Both the position numbers and the translations under genes were made by a program. Source: a virus. Taken from it: a stretch of 64,000 nt of DNA. The stretch spans positions 1 to 64,000 of IMG/VR virus record IMGVR_UViG_3300037475_000032; one strand, 5' to 3'. Positions 34,819 through 45,555 of the stretch are shown here, one piece after another (the first letter of the stretch is position 1; the number at the start of each line of letters is the position of its first letter). The notes beneath the pieces were generated by a model. It was not told where the DNA came from. It did no database searches and saw only the letters and a list, made by a program, of their open reading frames with translations.

Positions 34819-37107
34819 ATGCCGCCACGCGATAACACCGAACAGGACATGCCTGTAGCAAGCGCACAGGTCCCGCGTGCGACTTTGCAGGCCCTCAACC
34901 AGCTTACCCGTCAGATCGAGTCTCTGAACGATTATCTGGTGGCCCAGAGGTCCCCTACGGCCCAAGGACAGATCCAGGGCGAACTACAGCAGGTCGCATC
35001 TCGTCAGAGGGCCGCTCAGGTGGCTCCTACGATGCCTCCGACCTTCGCCGGAGGCACAACGACCACAGGTGGTGTCGTGCTACCCGGAGGGGTTGTGGGT
35101 CCGCCACCTCCTGCCCCGCCTCCGCCTCGTCCTTACCTGCCCGAACCAAGCGAGGTCTCGTTCCGCAACCGCCTCAAGGAAGGGAAGAAGCGAGTTGGGG
35201 AAGAAGGCCAAGGGAACGCTTTCAATCGCTTCTCAGAAGGCTTCCTGGAACCGAAAACACGCTCGGCTCGACCAACGGCCACACCGCCTCCACCTGTGCC
35301 TAACGAAGGCCCCGCAGGTAACAGCGAAACGATCCCGCCAAACGCACTGCCGCCGAACGCTCCAGGCGTCACACAGTCTGGAAGCACACGCACGCCCTCA
35401 GGTGTCATTCCGGGTATGTCGCAGCAGGAAGTCTCGAAGCTGCAACGAGAGGGATTCGAAATCCCTCAGTTCGGTGAGTGGCAGCTTGACACGAAGCTCA
35501 AGATGGCCCGCGATTGGATCGGTCAGTACGCCACCAACAAGGGTGCTTATGACCAGGAAGGTAACTGGCAATGGGGCGGCTCGATTGATGAACACGGTAA
35601 CTTCCAGGCCGGATCAGGTAAGTCCGCCGTGGGACAGACTGCCGCCACGGTCTCCGGTTACCTCAACTACGCCGCTTCACACGCTGCTCAGATCCACGCT
35701 ATCCGCCGCTCCTTCGATAGGGTGATGAACTTCGGCTCCGGGATGCAGCAGACCGGAGAACAGCTAGGTTATTCACCTCAGAGCGGTCTTGGTCCTTCGT
35801 CCATCTTCGGGTTCCGCAACCCGCTAGCGCCCTACACGTCAGAAGCCGGTCAGCAGGGAGCCGGTATCCGCTGGGATGCGGAGAAGATGACCCGACTCGG
35901 CACGGGAATCACCTCGGCCCAGGCCAAGGAAATCTACGGCTCGCTCGCGGGCATGGGATTCTCCAATCAGCAGCACGACGCCTTGGGTCTTACGACAGGA
36001 GGTGATTTGGAGAACATCGCCACTCAGCTTGTCGCCCCGATGGTCAAGAACACGGGAATGAGCCCAGAGGTTGCCTCTCAGTTTGCCAACGCCCTGCGTA
36101 ACGGTAACACCTCGATTCAGGAACTATCCAAGACCCTCACCAACTTGCCCGAAGCCGCCCACACGGCACGCGAGGGCATCAATGAATACACCGAATCCCT
36201 CCAGGGCTTTGCGGAACAAGCTGAGCAGATGGGAGCCACGAAGCAGCAGGGCTATCAGAGCGGCATGGCCTTTACTCAGTCTACGGGCCTCGATCCCCGC
36301 TTGCTCGGCCAGATGCAGCAGAGCCCATTCTTCCAGGGCTTGGCTCTTACCCAGATGGGTGTCCTCCCGTCCGGGATCGGGGCACTTCCAGGAGGTTCAC
36401 AGGTTGGGCTCACAATGCAGGCCATGAAGATGGCGATGAACGCTACACAGGGCCTCAACCAGAACAAGTACCAGACCATCGGGGGTAAGAGAGTCCTCGT
36501 CCAGTCAGGCTCGCAGGCGCAGCAGGATCAGGCCGCTCAGTTGCTCGGCATGAGCCCAGAAGAGTTCCAGCGTCTATACCGCAACCAGGGCCAGAACACG
36601 GCTTCCGCCAACGCTCTCACGCTCTTGCAGGCAGATACGGCTCAGGGATGGAAGAACGAGCTTGCAGGAGCCATGCAGAAGTCACACGGCAACCTCACGA
36701 AGGAACAACGTGAAAAGCTCCAGAAAGGTGGCGAAGGGATCACTGGTTGGAACCAGATCTCTCAGCAGCTACTCAACGCGGGCATCAGCAAGAAGGAAGT
36801 GGGGAGAATCGGCAGTGAGGGATTCGACAAGCGTGCCAGCGACGTGGAAAACCTCCTAGCGAAGCTCAACAAGCAGTCCATCTCCGAAGAAGGTCAGAAT
36901 AAGGTACAAGTCCAGTTCACTGGTGCCGCCGCCAAGTTCTTCCAGCAGGTGCCGATCTCACCCGCGAAGGCAGCCTCGAACGCAGGAGGTCAGTCGATCA
37001 CGAGTCTCGCTACGTCACCGCTTACACAGGCCCTCACTTCCATGAGTCCGCTCGGTCCTCTGACAACGGGGGCGTCGATAGCGTCTGACATAGCAGGCAT
37101 CCTCTAA
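34819..37107 (+). CDS. Tape measure protein
   Basis: Long A/G/Q-rich helical protein downstream of the frameshifting chaperone. Confidence 0.75.
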   Translation: MPPRDNTEQDMPVASAQVPRATLQALNQLTRQIESLNDYLVAQRSPTAQGQIQGELQQVASRQRAAQVAPTMPPTFAGGTTTTGGVVLPGGVVGPPPPAPPPPRPYLPEPSEVSFRNRLKEGKKRVGEEGQGNAFNRFSEGFLEPKTRSARPTATPPPPVPNEGPAGNSETIPPNALPPNAPGVTQSGSTRTPSGVIPGMSQQEVSKLQREGFEIPQFGEWQLDTKLKMARDWIGQYATNKGAYDQEGNWQWGGSIDEHGNFQAGSGKSAVGQTAATVSGYLNYAASHAAQIHAIRRSFDRVMNFGSGMQQTGEQLGYSPQSGLGPSSIFGFRNPLAPYTSEAGQQGAGIRWDAEKMTRLGTGITSAQAKEIYGSLAGMGFSNQQHDALGLTTGGDLENIATQLVAPMVKNTGMSPEVASQFANALRNGNTSIQELSKTLTNLPEAAHTAREGINEYTESLQGFAEQAEQMGATKQQGYQSGMAFTQSTGLDPRLLGQMQQSPFFQGLALTQMGVLPSGIGALPGGSQVGLTMQAMKMAMNATQGLNQNKYQTIGGKRVLVQSGSQAQQDQAAQLLGMSPEEFQRLYRNQGQNTASANALTLLQADTAQGWKNELAGAMQKSHGNLTKEQREKLQKGGEGITGWNQISQQLLNAGISKKEVGRIGSEGFDKRASDVENLLAKLNKQSISEEGQNKVQVQFTGAAAKFFQQVPISPAKAASNAGGQSITSLATSPLTQALTSMSPLGPLTTGASIASDIAGIL

Positions 37108-37889
37108 TGACGGTTGCCAACCCTACTAACAACCGCTGCAACCTTCTCTTCTCGCATCCACAGGTGGGATCTATCACCGTGGACACAGGAGCAGACGAAA
37201 TCGGTTGGGCCTACAACCTGAATACCGCCAACTTCCCTACGTTCGGAGGCGAGGTGGTTCAGATCCTCAGCGTGTACATTGACGACCTGCTCATCAAGGG
37301 CACCATCCGCACGTACACGGACATGGAGGAAATCTACAACTTCTTCGCCTCCTACATGCTCATCGCTACGCAGGGAAGCAAGGGAGTGGGGTCCTATGAC
37401 CAGACGCCCATGACGATGACCTACTCGCCGCGTCAGTGGACCTTCTCCATCCAGCCGATTAGCACGCCGGGATTCACCTACGACCGCGAAACCGTCGCCC
37501 CGCAGTGGCAGCTACAGGCCCACATCGTAGACAATACACCCGATGTAGAAGCGCTCAAGGACATGGTTGTCACACAGGTACTTCACGGAGAGGACAACCA
37601 GAACTTCGCGCTCTCCGGCATCATCTCTCCCGATTCCGGGGACCCAGCCAACAATCCCTTCTCCGCACCCGGAACCACGCAGGGCAACACGTTTAAACCC
37701 CTTACGGAAGCCCAGACCCAGGAAGACATCGGCAAGTACGCCGACTACTACAACTCCCTTATCCCATCTTACATGAAGGGCGATTACTCGTCGGTCTTCT
37801 CCGAAATCGGCTCCAAGCCCGCCTTCGGCACCACCTCCGCCCCCACAAAGGGCGAACAGTCAATCACCGGCGCTACTCAGAACAAATAG
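37107..37889 (+). CDS. Baseplate/tube-initiator-like minor tail protein
   Basis: WAYNLNTANFPTFGGEVVQILSVYIDDL.I.G; follows the TMP. Confidence 0.65.
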   Translation: MTVANPTNNRCNLLFSHPQVGSITVDTGADEIGWAYNLNTANFPTFGGEVVQILSVYIDDLLIKGTIRTYTDMEEIYNFFASYMLIATQGSKGVGSYDQTPMTMTYSPRQWTFSIQPISTPGFTYDRETVAPQWQLQAHIVDNTPDVEALKDMVVTQVLHGEDNQNFALSGIISPDSGDPANNPFSAPGTTQGNTFKPLTEAQTQEDIGKYADYYNSLIPSYMKGDYSSVFSEIGSKPAFGTTSAPTKGEQSITGATQNK

Positions 37890-37913
37890 AGCCGGTCGCA
37901 GCGTAATCAGTGA

Positions 37914-38741
37914 ATGGCAAACGCACCTTACACAGGCGGCACCCCCTATAGCTACAGCACGGGCGCTACGGGCAATATCCCCGTCTACGGCGTGCCTTTG
38001 CCAAACCATGCCGGAGTCTCGTTCAGGCCCGACACTGGATATGACACCACGGCAGTCAAGATCAACCAGGCCCGTAGAGAAACGGCCGAAGGTCGTTTCA
38101 ACGGACGCCTCCACGACGGCACTTGGTACGTGGACTTCTTCGTCACCAAGATCAGCATTGACGTGGGGCTTGCCGGTAGCACCGGACAGTCTCGATTCAC
38201 TCGTGACTTCTACCCGCACAACATGGTCATGCCGTCGTTTGCTGTCGAAGGTCAGTGCATGGACCAGAACGACTACGGGACACTTATCGAGTTCGTTCAT
38301 CAGGCTCAGCAGAAGGGCGTCTATGACGGCACCCTTCTACAGCTTGATGTTGCCGGAAATGGCCTCTCGGTCAGGCGTCCGATCATGAAGGGCAGCCACA
38401 AGCCCATTCATGCACAGGGGTTCATTCGCAACATGCCCCGCAAACACGAACGCTTCGTGTACGCCCCGACATTTCAGTTCTCATTCGTTGTCTCCACGAT
38501 GTTCGAAGGCATCTACCAGGAGTCAACCGCATCGAGCCCGGAACAGGAATCGTGGGCTCAGATCCTTGCTGGCCTCGTCGCCCGTACACCAATCAACGAA
38601 GAAGGCGGAGCGGACCAGGAACTAGCCGGTCCTCCGCTCGCAGGTGGACTTGGCGCACCGGGCGCTACTGCTCCGCCACCGTCCGGGAATGGTGTCTTTG
38701 GCCCGCTTGGATCGGAAACCGAAAGGCTCGGGAATCTCTAA
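37914..38741 (+). CDS. Baseplate/minor tail protein
   Basis: Position; RDFYPHN...F.VEG pattern. Confidence 0.6.
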   Translation: MANAPYTGGTPYSYSTGATGNIPVYGVPLPNHAGVSFRPDTGYDTTAVKINQARRETAEGRFNGRLHDGTWYVDFFVTKISIDVGLAGSTGQSRFTRDFYPHNMVMPSFAVEGQCMDQNDYGTLIEFVHQAQQKGVYDGTLLQLDVAGNGLSVRRPIMKGSHKPIHAQGFIRNMPRKHERFVYAPTFQFSFVVSTMFEGIYQESTASSPEQESWAQILAGLVARTPINEEGGADQELAGPPLAGGLGAPGATAPPPSGNGVFGPLGSETERLGNL

Positions 38742-41512
38742 TGGCAGAGAGGCTAGTCTACGCCCCGAAGGCATGGGTCTACACTAAGGATGCCAACGAA
38801 AACATCTACGACCTAACGAACTACGTCACGGCCGGTCAAGTGGATCGTCTCGTTAACCAGGTCTCAACGGCCTCGATCACGCTCCGCAACCCCCAGAAGA
38901 TCTTCACCTCACCGGCTACGGGCGTAGCCTTCCATCCCCAGGACCCAATCACCATCTTCCTCCAGCGCAAAGCCGGGAAGCCCGTGCGCGTCTTCACCGG
39001 ATACCTGGATGAAACTCCGTACTACCAGATGTATCCGGGCACGATCACCCTCAAGGCATCCTGCACGCTCAAGAAGCTGCTCTACACGTTCTTTGATCCG
39101 GCTCTCCCGTATGTGACGAGCTTCTTGGAGCAGTACGGCTGGATCAACAAGGGTGACGGCACAATCGTCTCCTCACAGGCGTACTCAACGGGCCAGGACG
39201 GCAATCCAACGTCACAGGGACTCGTCCCCTTCTCCGCCGATGGCAAGACCGCAAACCTCAACGATGGCTCGATGGGGAAGCTGCTTTGGGCGGTCCTCTA
39301 CCACATCGCCGATTGGCACACAGAGAAGATCTACGTCGAGGCGATCCCGGAAGGCGTCCCGAAGCTGATGGCCTCCCTCATGAAGGACTTTGACAAGGGT
39401 CAGGAAGTGACTCAGAAGGAGTTTGAATACTTCATGAAGAAGATCATCGGCGTCTCGTCACAGGGCTCCGGTGGCTCGAACGAAGGAGGGACTGCCACGC
39501 CATCAGGTCCGGTTGCCGGGCTTGACAAAATCGTACCGCTCGTGGAGAGCACTGCCAAGAAGTACAACATCCCTACTGAAATGGTGTTGGCGACCATGTA
39601 CGTGGAGACCAACATGTCGGACAAAGACGATCCGGGCAACCCTCACTTCGGATGGTTCCAGGTCCAGACGGCCGCTCCGCCCTACGCCTACGGCCCATGG
39701 TCACACACGACTCCGACTGTTGAACAAGCCCATGACTTGGGTCTTGCCTGTGATGCCTTCTGTCAGGCCGCTGCCGGATGGGCCAATGCCGAACCGTCAC
39801 TCCGCACCGCTCCCTACTTGCAGTGGGCCATGAAGGTGCAGGGAGTGAACGAAGGCAACAACCCACGCTACCCAGAAACGTGGAGTGGCTACATCGCCAC
39901 GGCCAAGAAAAACATCTCTGAATTCGGAGGTGAAGGCAATCTTGCTCTCAATCCCGGCACTACCAATCTGGGAATCACGGAAGAACAACGTGGCTCGACA
40001 GACAAGAGTGGCAAGGGTGAATCTGGTGAAGGACTCACTCACTACCAGGCCATCATCGCCAAGTGCAACGAAATCGATGAAAAGCACTACACGTACGTTT
40101 ATGGCGGAGGACATAATCCTCAGTACGCGCCTACGGGTGGAGGATACGACTGCTCGGGCTCGGTCAGTGCAGTTCTCCACGGCGCAGGCTACGAACTTGG
40201 AGGACCGCAGGTCGCTTCGTTCTACGAGACGTGGGGAGAACCAGGACCGGACCCAAAGGGACAGGTCACGATCTTCGCCGCCAAGGACGGCTCCCACGTC
40301 TTCATGAAGGTCGGGGGGCGCTACTGGGGAACCTCGGATGGTCATAACGGAAACCCGAACCAGCCGGGAGGACAGGGACCCGGATGGCTACCGGAAGCCG
40401 CAGGAGAAGGCTATCTAGCTGGCTTCACTCAGATTCATCCTCCGGGACTTGAAAAGCCCGCGAACGTCAAGATCACGGGGAACACTAGCGTTCCTGGAGA
40501 AGGAGGCGCAGAAGGCGGAGGAGAAACGGGCTCCAGCACCCAGAACATGATGAGTGAGGCATCCGCTACTGCCTTCACGAACGAAATCTCCTTCCCCAGT
40601 GTCGAGGAACAGGTTGTGGCCGTCGCTCTCACGGGCCAGAAGTCACTCATGAACGACAAGAGCGTCATGCCGTTTGTTCAGCAGCTAGCGCAGGCATCCA
40701 TGCGTAACTTCATGTCCCTTCCTAACGGTGACTTCTTCGCCTTCTACCCGGACTACTTCGGCGAGATGGGCCACCGCAAGCCCTACTGGCTAATCGATGA
40801 CATCGAGGTGCTTGGCGGAGGCATCAACCTCACGGACGACAACCTCGCTACTCACGTCTTCGCCGTAGGTGACAACACATGGCCGGTCAACAACGAACTG
40901 CTCAACATGCTTTTCAGCGCCGGTACGATCAGCGTCTTCAACGCTTTCGAGTCAGCAGGCGTGCTCGACCGCACGGCTGAAAACGTCGCCAACAACAAGA
41001 ACAACCCCGGCTTCTCCAGCGTCATGGACAAGGGAGAGGCGGTCAAGTTCTTGCAGCGCTACGGGGCACGTCCACTCGTGCTCGACTTCCCGATGGTGCG
41101 CTCTCCGATGTTCGAGATGTTGATGGCCTATCAGCAGTTCATGATGGCTTGGTCCCGTCAGTTCATCACCCCATTCACCTTCACCTTCATGCCAGAGATC
41201 TTCCCAGGCGGCAAGGTTGGCTTCCCGGATCACGGCTTGCAGATGTACGTGGAATCCGTCCAGCACTCCTGGGACCTTGAAAGCGGCTTCACCACGACCG
41301 CTCAGTTGTCGGCCCCATCGTTGCTCGAAGGTGTCACGTCCGTCATCAACCCGAACCTACCGCCCAACATGGTGAGCGCCCTTGTGGAGCCGCTACGTGG
41401 TGAAACGGCCTCGACCAACGAAAAGGGCCAGCAGATCAAGAAGCCAATCGCCAAGTCCAAGGCTGGTCTCTCCAAGACTGCCTCCAACCCCGGCACGACC
41501 TTCAACGGATAA
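38741..41512 (+). CDS. Baseplate hub with inserted lysozyme-like and NlpC/P60-like domains
   Basis: Hub N- and C-termini (LVYAPKA..., TFMPEIFPG...MYVESVQHSW); ATMYVET...GWFQ; YVYGGGH...YDCSGSVS...HVFM. Confidence 0.85.
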   Translation: MAERLVYAPKAWVYTKDANENIYDLTNYVTAGQVDRLVNQVSTASITLRNPQKIFTSPATGVAFHPQDPITIFLQRKAGKPVRVFTGYLDETPYYQMYPGTITLKASCTLKKLLYTFFDPALPYVTSFLEQYGWINKGDGTIVSSQAYSTGQDGNPTSQGLVPFSADGKTANLNDGSMGKLLWAVLYHIADWHTEKIYVEAIPEGVPKLMASLMKDFDKGQEVTQKEFEYFMKKIIGVSSQGSGGSNEGGTATPSGPVAGLDKIVPLVESTAKKYNIPTEMVLATMYVETNMSDKDDPGNPHFGWFQVQTAAPPYAYGPWSHTTPTVEQAHDLGLACDAFCQAAAGWANAEPSLRTAPYLQWAMKVQGVNEGNNPRYPETWSGYIATAKKNISEFGGEGNLALNPGTTNLGITEEQRGSTDKSGKGESGEGLTHYQAIIAKCNEIDEKHYTYVYGGGHNPQYAPTGGGYDCSGSVSAVLHGAGYELGGPQVASFYETWGEPGPDPKGQVTIFAAKDGSHVFMKVGGRYWGTSDGHNGNPNQPGGQGPGWLPEAAGEGYLAGFTQIHPPGLEKPANVKITGNTSVPGEGGAEGGGETGSSTQNMMSEASATAFTNEISFPSVEEQVVAVALTGQKSLMNDKSVMPFVQQLAQASMRNFMSLPNGDFFAFYPDYFGEMGHRKPYWLIDDIEVLGGGINLTDDNLATHVFAVGDNTWPVNNELLNMLFSAGTISVFNAFESAGVLDRTAENVANNKNNPGFSSVMDKGEAVKFLQRYGARPLVLDFPMVRSPMFEMLMAYQQFMMAWSRQFITPFTFTFMPEIFPGGKVGFPDHGLQMYVESVQHSWDLESGFTTTAQLSAPSLLEGVTSVINPNLPPNMVSALVEPLRGETASTNEKGQQIKKPIAKSKAGLSKTASNPGTTFNG

Positions 41513-41515
41513 CTC

Positions 41516-42430
41516 ATGGGATTCGATCTAAACGAAGTCGAAAAGTACGGATGCAAGATCATCACGGTCGAACCGGCTCAGCGCCGAGTCGAGGGTGTCA
41601 TCAAGTCGGGTGCCGTTGTGCAGGTAGCCGTCTACACAGTCGATCCGTTCTTCCGCTGGCCCAAGGTCGGGGAGAACTGGATGATCCGTCGAGAGAACGG
41701 CACATGGTTTCTTGACAGCAAGTGGCAGAACCAGGAAGGTGAATCGGAAGCCAACCCGACGATCATCAACAACCTCAACGAAGGCGACGCTCTCATTGAC
41801 ACTCCCACAGGGAATGTCTACCTCACGTCGGGCAATCTCTTGGCTTCTGAGCCTTGGACTACGACCAAGATCGAAGAAATGATCTCGGCTGCGAAACCGC
41901 AGCTTGTATCCGTCCTTCCCACACCTAAAGATGGTCTTGAGGTTTACTTCCAGAACTCCATCATGGCGACTGCGGGCGTCATCTGGCATTTGCGCTACAG
42001 AGAAGCCTCTGCGCGTGCTCACAAGTGGGAGTATCTTGGCGGAGCTAACCTCAACTTCGGTCAGTCGGGGATCGTCCACAACACGGTTTCTGGAGAATGG
42101 AAGCGTCCGGGCTCTGGCGAAATCACTCCGCCTCTTGCAGGAGAATATGAAGTCATTCAAGAGGGTTGGTTCCTTGGTAACACGGCCGGAGGGACGAACT
42201 TTGCCATGACTATGGCAAAGGTATCGGCGCTCAATACCCCGTTGACCAGCGTTGTACTAGAGGTGACTGATACCGCTGGTGGTGGATCGCAGTATAACAC
42301 GCTCACTCAGCACGCTTACGCCACATTGCCCGCAGAACCCGTTACGGGAATCACGACCCTTTCGGCAACCACATACGAATACACGGTCGAGTCTCTACAG
42401 AACTTCCTCATACCGCGATGCGTGGGGTAA
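41516..42430 (+). CDS. Baseplate spike-like protein with C-terminal putative binding domain
   Basis: OB-like N-terminus (WPKVGENW); between hub and gp25-like gene. Confidence 0.6.
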   Translation: MGFDLNEVEKYGCKIITVEPAQRRVEGVIKSGAVVQVAVYTVDPFFRWPKVGENWMIRRENGTWFLDSKWQNQEGESEANPTIINNLNEGDALIDTPTGNVYLTSGNLLASEPWTTTKIEEMISAAKPQLVSVLPTPKDGLEVYFQNSIMATAGVIWHLRYREASARAHKWEYLGGANLNFGQSGIVHNTVSGEWKRPGSGEITPPLAGEYEVIQEGWFLGNTAGGTNFAMTMAKVSALNTPLTSVVLEVTDTAGGGSQYNTLTQHAYATLPAEPVTGITTLSATTYEYTVESLQNFLIPRCVG

Positions 42431-42436
42431 TAGGTG

Positions 42437-42916
42437 ATGAGCTTTAGCCTTTTGATCGAACACGGGGACTTGCCGCTCAACGGCACCTCTTTGGCAACCG
42501 TCGAAGGAGCGCACAAGCTCACCCAAGACCTGATGTGCGGGATCATGACCCCGATGGGGACTGACGAAGCCCATCCCGACTTCGGATCGCTCCTAGAAGG
42601 TGGCTTCACGGACGATGGACGCTACGTGGAGGGAGTCATCGGAAGTGAGGACTGGAACCGTGTGGCCCTCGTGGTGCAGTCTGAAATCCAGCGCATCTGC
42701 AATGAATACCAGCTACAGCAGATCTCTCGCAACCGCAATGACGCCGCAGTCTACGGAAAGACGACCCTGACGCCCTCCGAGATGCTTGTCGCCGTGGATG
42801 GGATTCAGCTACAGCAGGCGGAAGACAATCTACTCGTGACAGTGACCCTCAAGACCGGGAATGGACCGATCCAGGTTAACGTTCCAGTCGCAAGCGGGAC
42901 CGTAATCGGTACTTAG
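42437..42916 (+). CDS. gp25/gpW-like baseplate wedge protein
   Basis: KLTQDL...TPMGTD..HPDFGSLL. Confidence 0.8.
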   Translation: MSFSLLIEHGDLPLNGTSLATVEGAHKLTQDLMCGIMTPMGTDEAHPDFGSLLEGGFTDDGRYVEGVIGSEDWNRVALVVQSEIQRICNEYQLQQISRNRNDAAVYGKTTLTPSEMLVAVDGIQLQQAEDNLLVTVTLKTGNGPIQVNVPVASGTVIGT

Positions 42917-42917
42917 T

Positions 42918-45554
42918 ATGGCTACGACGACCCAATCAGAATTCGCACAGCAGTTGATCGCGCAGCTTAGGCTCCTCAACCCCTCCGTATCGGCCCTTGT
43001 AGGGACTCCTGAGCGCTTGATCCTAGATACTGTGGCCCAGGCCCTATCTGACTCTCAGATCGACCTCATAGGGCTCCAGAACGCCCTCAACATCGATACC
43101 AAGTTTGGGTCCAATCTCGACGCCTTCTTGGCGATGTTCGGATTTGCCCGTCAGACGAGTGCCAAGGCTAGCGGATTCGTCGTGTTCAGCCGCTCTAGCG
43201 TCGCCAACGTCAACATCACCATCCCACAGGGAACGCTCCTCCAGTGCAACGTCGTGACGCCCGAAGGAGTGAATGTACAGTTCACCACCACTTCGGCCGC
43301 CATCCTTGCAGCCGGGACGCTCCAGACGAGCCCCGTTCCCATCGAAGCCGTCAACCCCGGATCGAACGGCAACGTAGCTGCCAACACCATCACGATCATG
43401 ACGGGTAAACCGACCCTTGGGATCACGGCCGTCACCAACCCAGCAGCTACGAGCGGCGGCCAGGATCAGGAGGACGACAACAGCCTCAAGGTCAGGTTCA
43501 AGAACACCGTCTTCCGCAACCTCGCTGGTACGGAAGATCAGTTCCTTGCTCTCGCTGTCTCTACCGCGTTTTCTCAGAAGGCAAACGTCGTTGGCCCGAT
43601 CTCCCAGTACCAGGAGTACGTGCAGGTGCCAGCTACACAGGACTCGGAAGCCTACGCCTACGGTGGAGGCACTTCCTACTCCGGCACGCCGCCGTTTATC
43701 ATAACGACGGGCTCCACTACAGCCTCATCCACGACCCTTACTCTCCCGACAACGGCCGGAATCACGGCCACGATGCCGGTCATCATCTTTGGTGAAGGCG
43801 ACAACCCCGAAGAAGTCTTCTCCGGCACGGTCAACTCAGTGCTCACGGGCACGACCCTCAAACTGTCCGCCAACTGCTCCAAAACCCTCAACAACGTCGT
43901 TGTCTTCATCGGCACCCAGAACACGGCTGCCTACGTGGGCCAATGGACGACTGCGCTTTCGACCATCCCGTACGCAAAGAGCATTTGGAGCGCCAATCCG
44001 GTCTTCGTCTCCAATGGTCAGTTCGGTGTCGAAAACTACTTCTATCGCCAGGAAGTGGATTACAAGTTCAACTCCCCGGCTGCCTTCCAAGGAGACACGC
44101 TACGCGCGTACGTGGACGGCACAGGACTCAACCCGAAGACCAATGCTCTCGGGATGACGCAGCCGAACGTCACCCTCACCAACGTCTACACGGGCTCCAA
44201 CAACGCCGTCCAGGCTATTGCTCCAAGCCAAGTCGTCCTGTTGGAGTACGCCTACACGAGCACGTCATCGCGTAACGAACCGGCTCACAACGTCAACAAC
44301 GCCGTTGATGTGTACGTGGACGGGGGCAATGAGCAGCCAACGACCACCATCTTCACGGCCCCGACATCATCGGCCGGTGCAGCGTTCGTGGACAACCCCA
44401 CGAGCATGTACTACTACGAGAACTACCGCCGCGATGGTGAACCGACCAAGCGTCCGCTCGAAGGCAACCTTCTCACACCGCTCTACCAAGAGCCTGTCAC
44501 GAGCCTGCCGTCGCAGATCACCATTGGTGAATCGAACTACTACCTCGGGGAGCACTACTGGCTCGTCCACGACATCTCGGGCTACGCCGGAACCATCCGT
44601 GCTCGCAGTGGTATCGAGTGGAGCGCCGCTGTAGGTGGAGATAACACGTCTCTCGGCGTGCCGGTCAATGCGTTCGTCTCCCCACCGGCTTACAAAGGCA
44701 CGTTCTTCAACGCCCTTCCGGCTAACACCGCTGTCGAGGTGGAAAACTACACCTACGATCAGAACATCGCCGAACTCCAGGCCACGCTTGAAGGCGCTCG
44801 CCAGATCACCACGGACGTACTCGCCCACAAGGCGGTCCTTCGCTACTTCAAGCTCGATGTCACGGTTGTCTACAGCCCGTCAAGCTCCGTCTCGATGGTC
44901 AACAACGGTGTCCGCAACGCCGTTCAGACCTACCTCGAATCTCAGTACTTCGGAGCCGTCATCCGCCTCTCGGATCTTCTCCAGGTCATCCACGACGTTC
45001 CGGGTGTCGAAAATGTCCGTTGGTCCAACGACGTGCCCGCTACCTCATCGGCCATCAGGGTCTACGAAACCGACAACAACGGACTCCCGCTCCTACAGGC
45101 CACCATGGATCGTCGCCAGGTCGGTACAGCCTCCGCCAAGGAGATCCAGGGCCTATACGTCGCTGGTCAACCGAAACTAGGCCAGTTCAAGCTCACGTAC
45201 GGGGTCCACTCGCCTATCACTGTCACGATCTCCACCATGACGGCCTCCGCCATCCAGACCGCCATCAATGGCGTGCTTGGTGGAGGCACCGTTGCGGTCA
45301 CAGAGGATACGCGCTCGACCACAGAAGTTGCCTCACCCATTCGCTCGTTCCGCATCGAATGGAACACGAATGGCGCACAGGAACTTCCCCACATCACCAA
45401 CGAAATCAAGGAAGGTGAATACACCTTCGACACCGATTTCTTCTTGAGGGACGACGAGCTACCGACGCTCCCTGAAAACGCACAGACAACAGACACGGTT
45501 GCCGGTCTAATCATCCGACCACGCGCTGAGGGAACATGGCAGCGCGCGAACTAA
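42918..45554 (+). CDS. Baseplate J-like (gp6) protein
   Basis: LDAFLAMFGFAR...ASGFVVF, IPQGT, AVNPGSNGNV, VTNP...GGQDQEDD..LK.R, DVPGVENV. Confidence 0.92.
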   Translation: MATTTQSEFAQQLIAQLRLLNPSVSALVGTPERLILDTVAQALSDSQIDLIGLQNALNIDTKFGSNLDAFLAMFGFARQTSAKASGFVVFSRSSVANVNITIPQGTLLQCNVVTPEGVNVQFTTTSAAILAAGTLQTSPVPIEAVNPGSNGNVAANTITIMTGKPTLGITAVTNPAATSGGQDQEDDNSLKVRFKNTVFRNLAGTEDQFLALAVSTAFSQKANVVGPISQYQEYVQVPATQDSEAYAYGGGTSYSGTPPFIITTGSTTASSTTLTLPTTAGITATMPVIIFGEGDNPEEVFSGTVNSVLTGTTLKLSANCSKTLNNVVVFIGTQNTAAYVGQWTTALSTIPYAKSIWSANPVFVSNGQFGVENYFYRQEVDYKFNSPAAFQGDTLRAYVDGTGLNPKTNALGMTQPNVTLTNVYTGSNNAVQAIAPSQVVLLEYAYTSTSSRNEPAHNVNNAVDVYVDGGNEQPTTTIFTAPTSSAGAAFVDNPTSMYYYENYRRDGEPTKRPLEGNLLTPLYQEPVTSLPSQITIGESNYYLGEHYWLVHDISGYAGTIRARSGIEWSAAVGGDNTSLGVPVNAFVSPPAYKGTFFNALPANTAVEVENYTYDQNIAELQATLEGARQITTDVLAHKAVLRYFKLDVTVVYSPSSSVSMVNNGVRNAVQTYLESQYFGAVIRLSDLLQVIHDVPGVENVRWSNDVPATSSAIRVYETDNNGLPLLQATMDRRQVGTASAKEIQGLYVAGQPKLGQFKLTYGVHSPITVTISTMTASAIQTAINGVLGGGTVAVTEDTRSTTEVASPIRSFRIEWNTNGAQELPHITNEIKEGEYTFDTDFFLRDDELPTLPENAQTTDTVAGLIIRPRAEGTWQRAN

Positions 45555-45555
45555 C

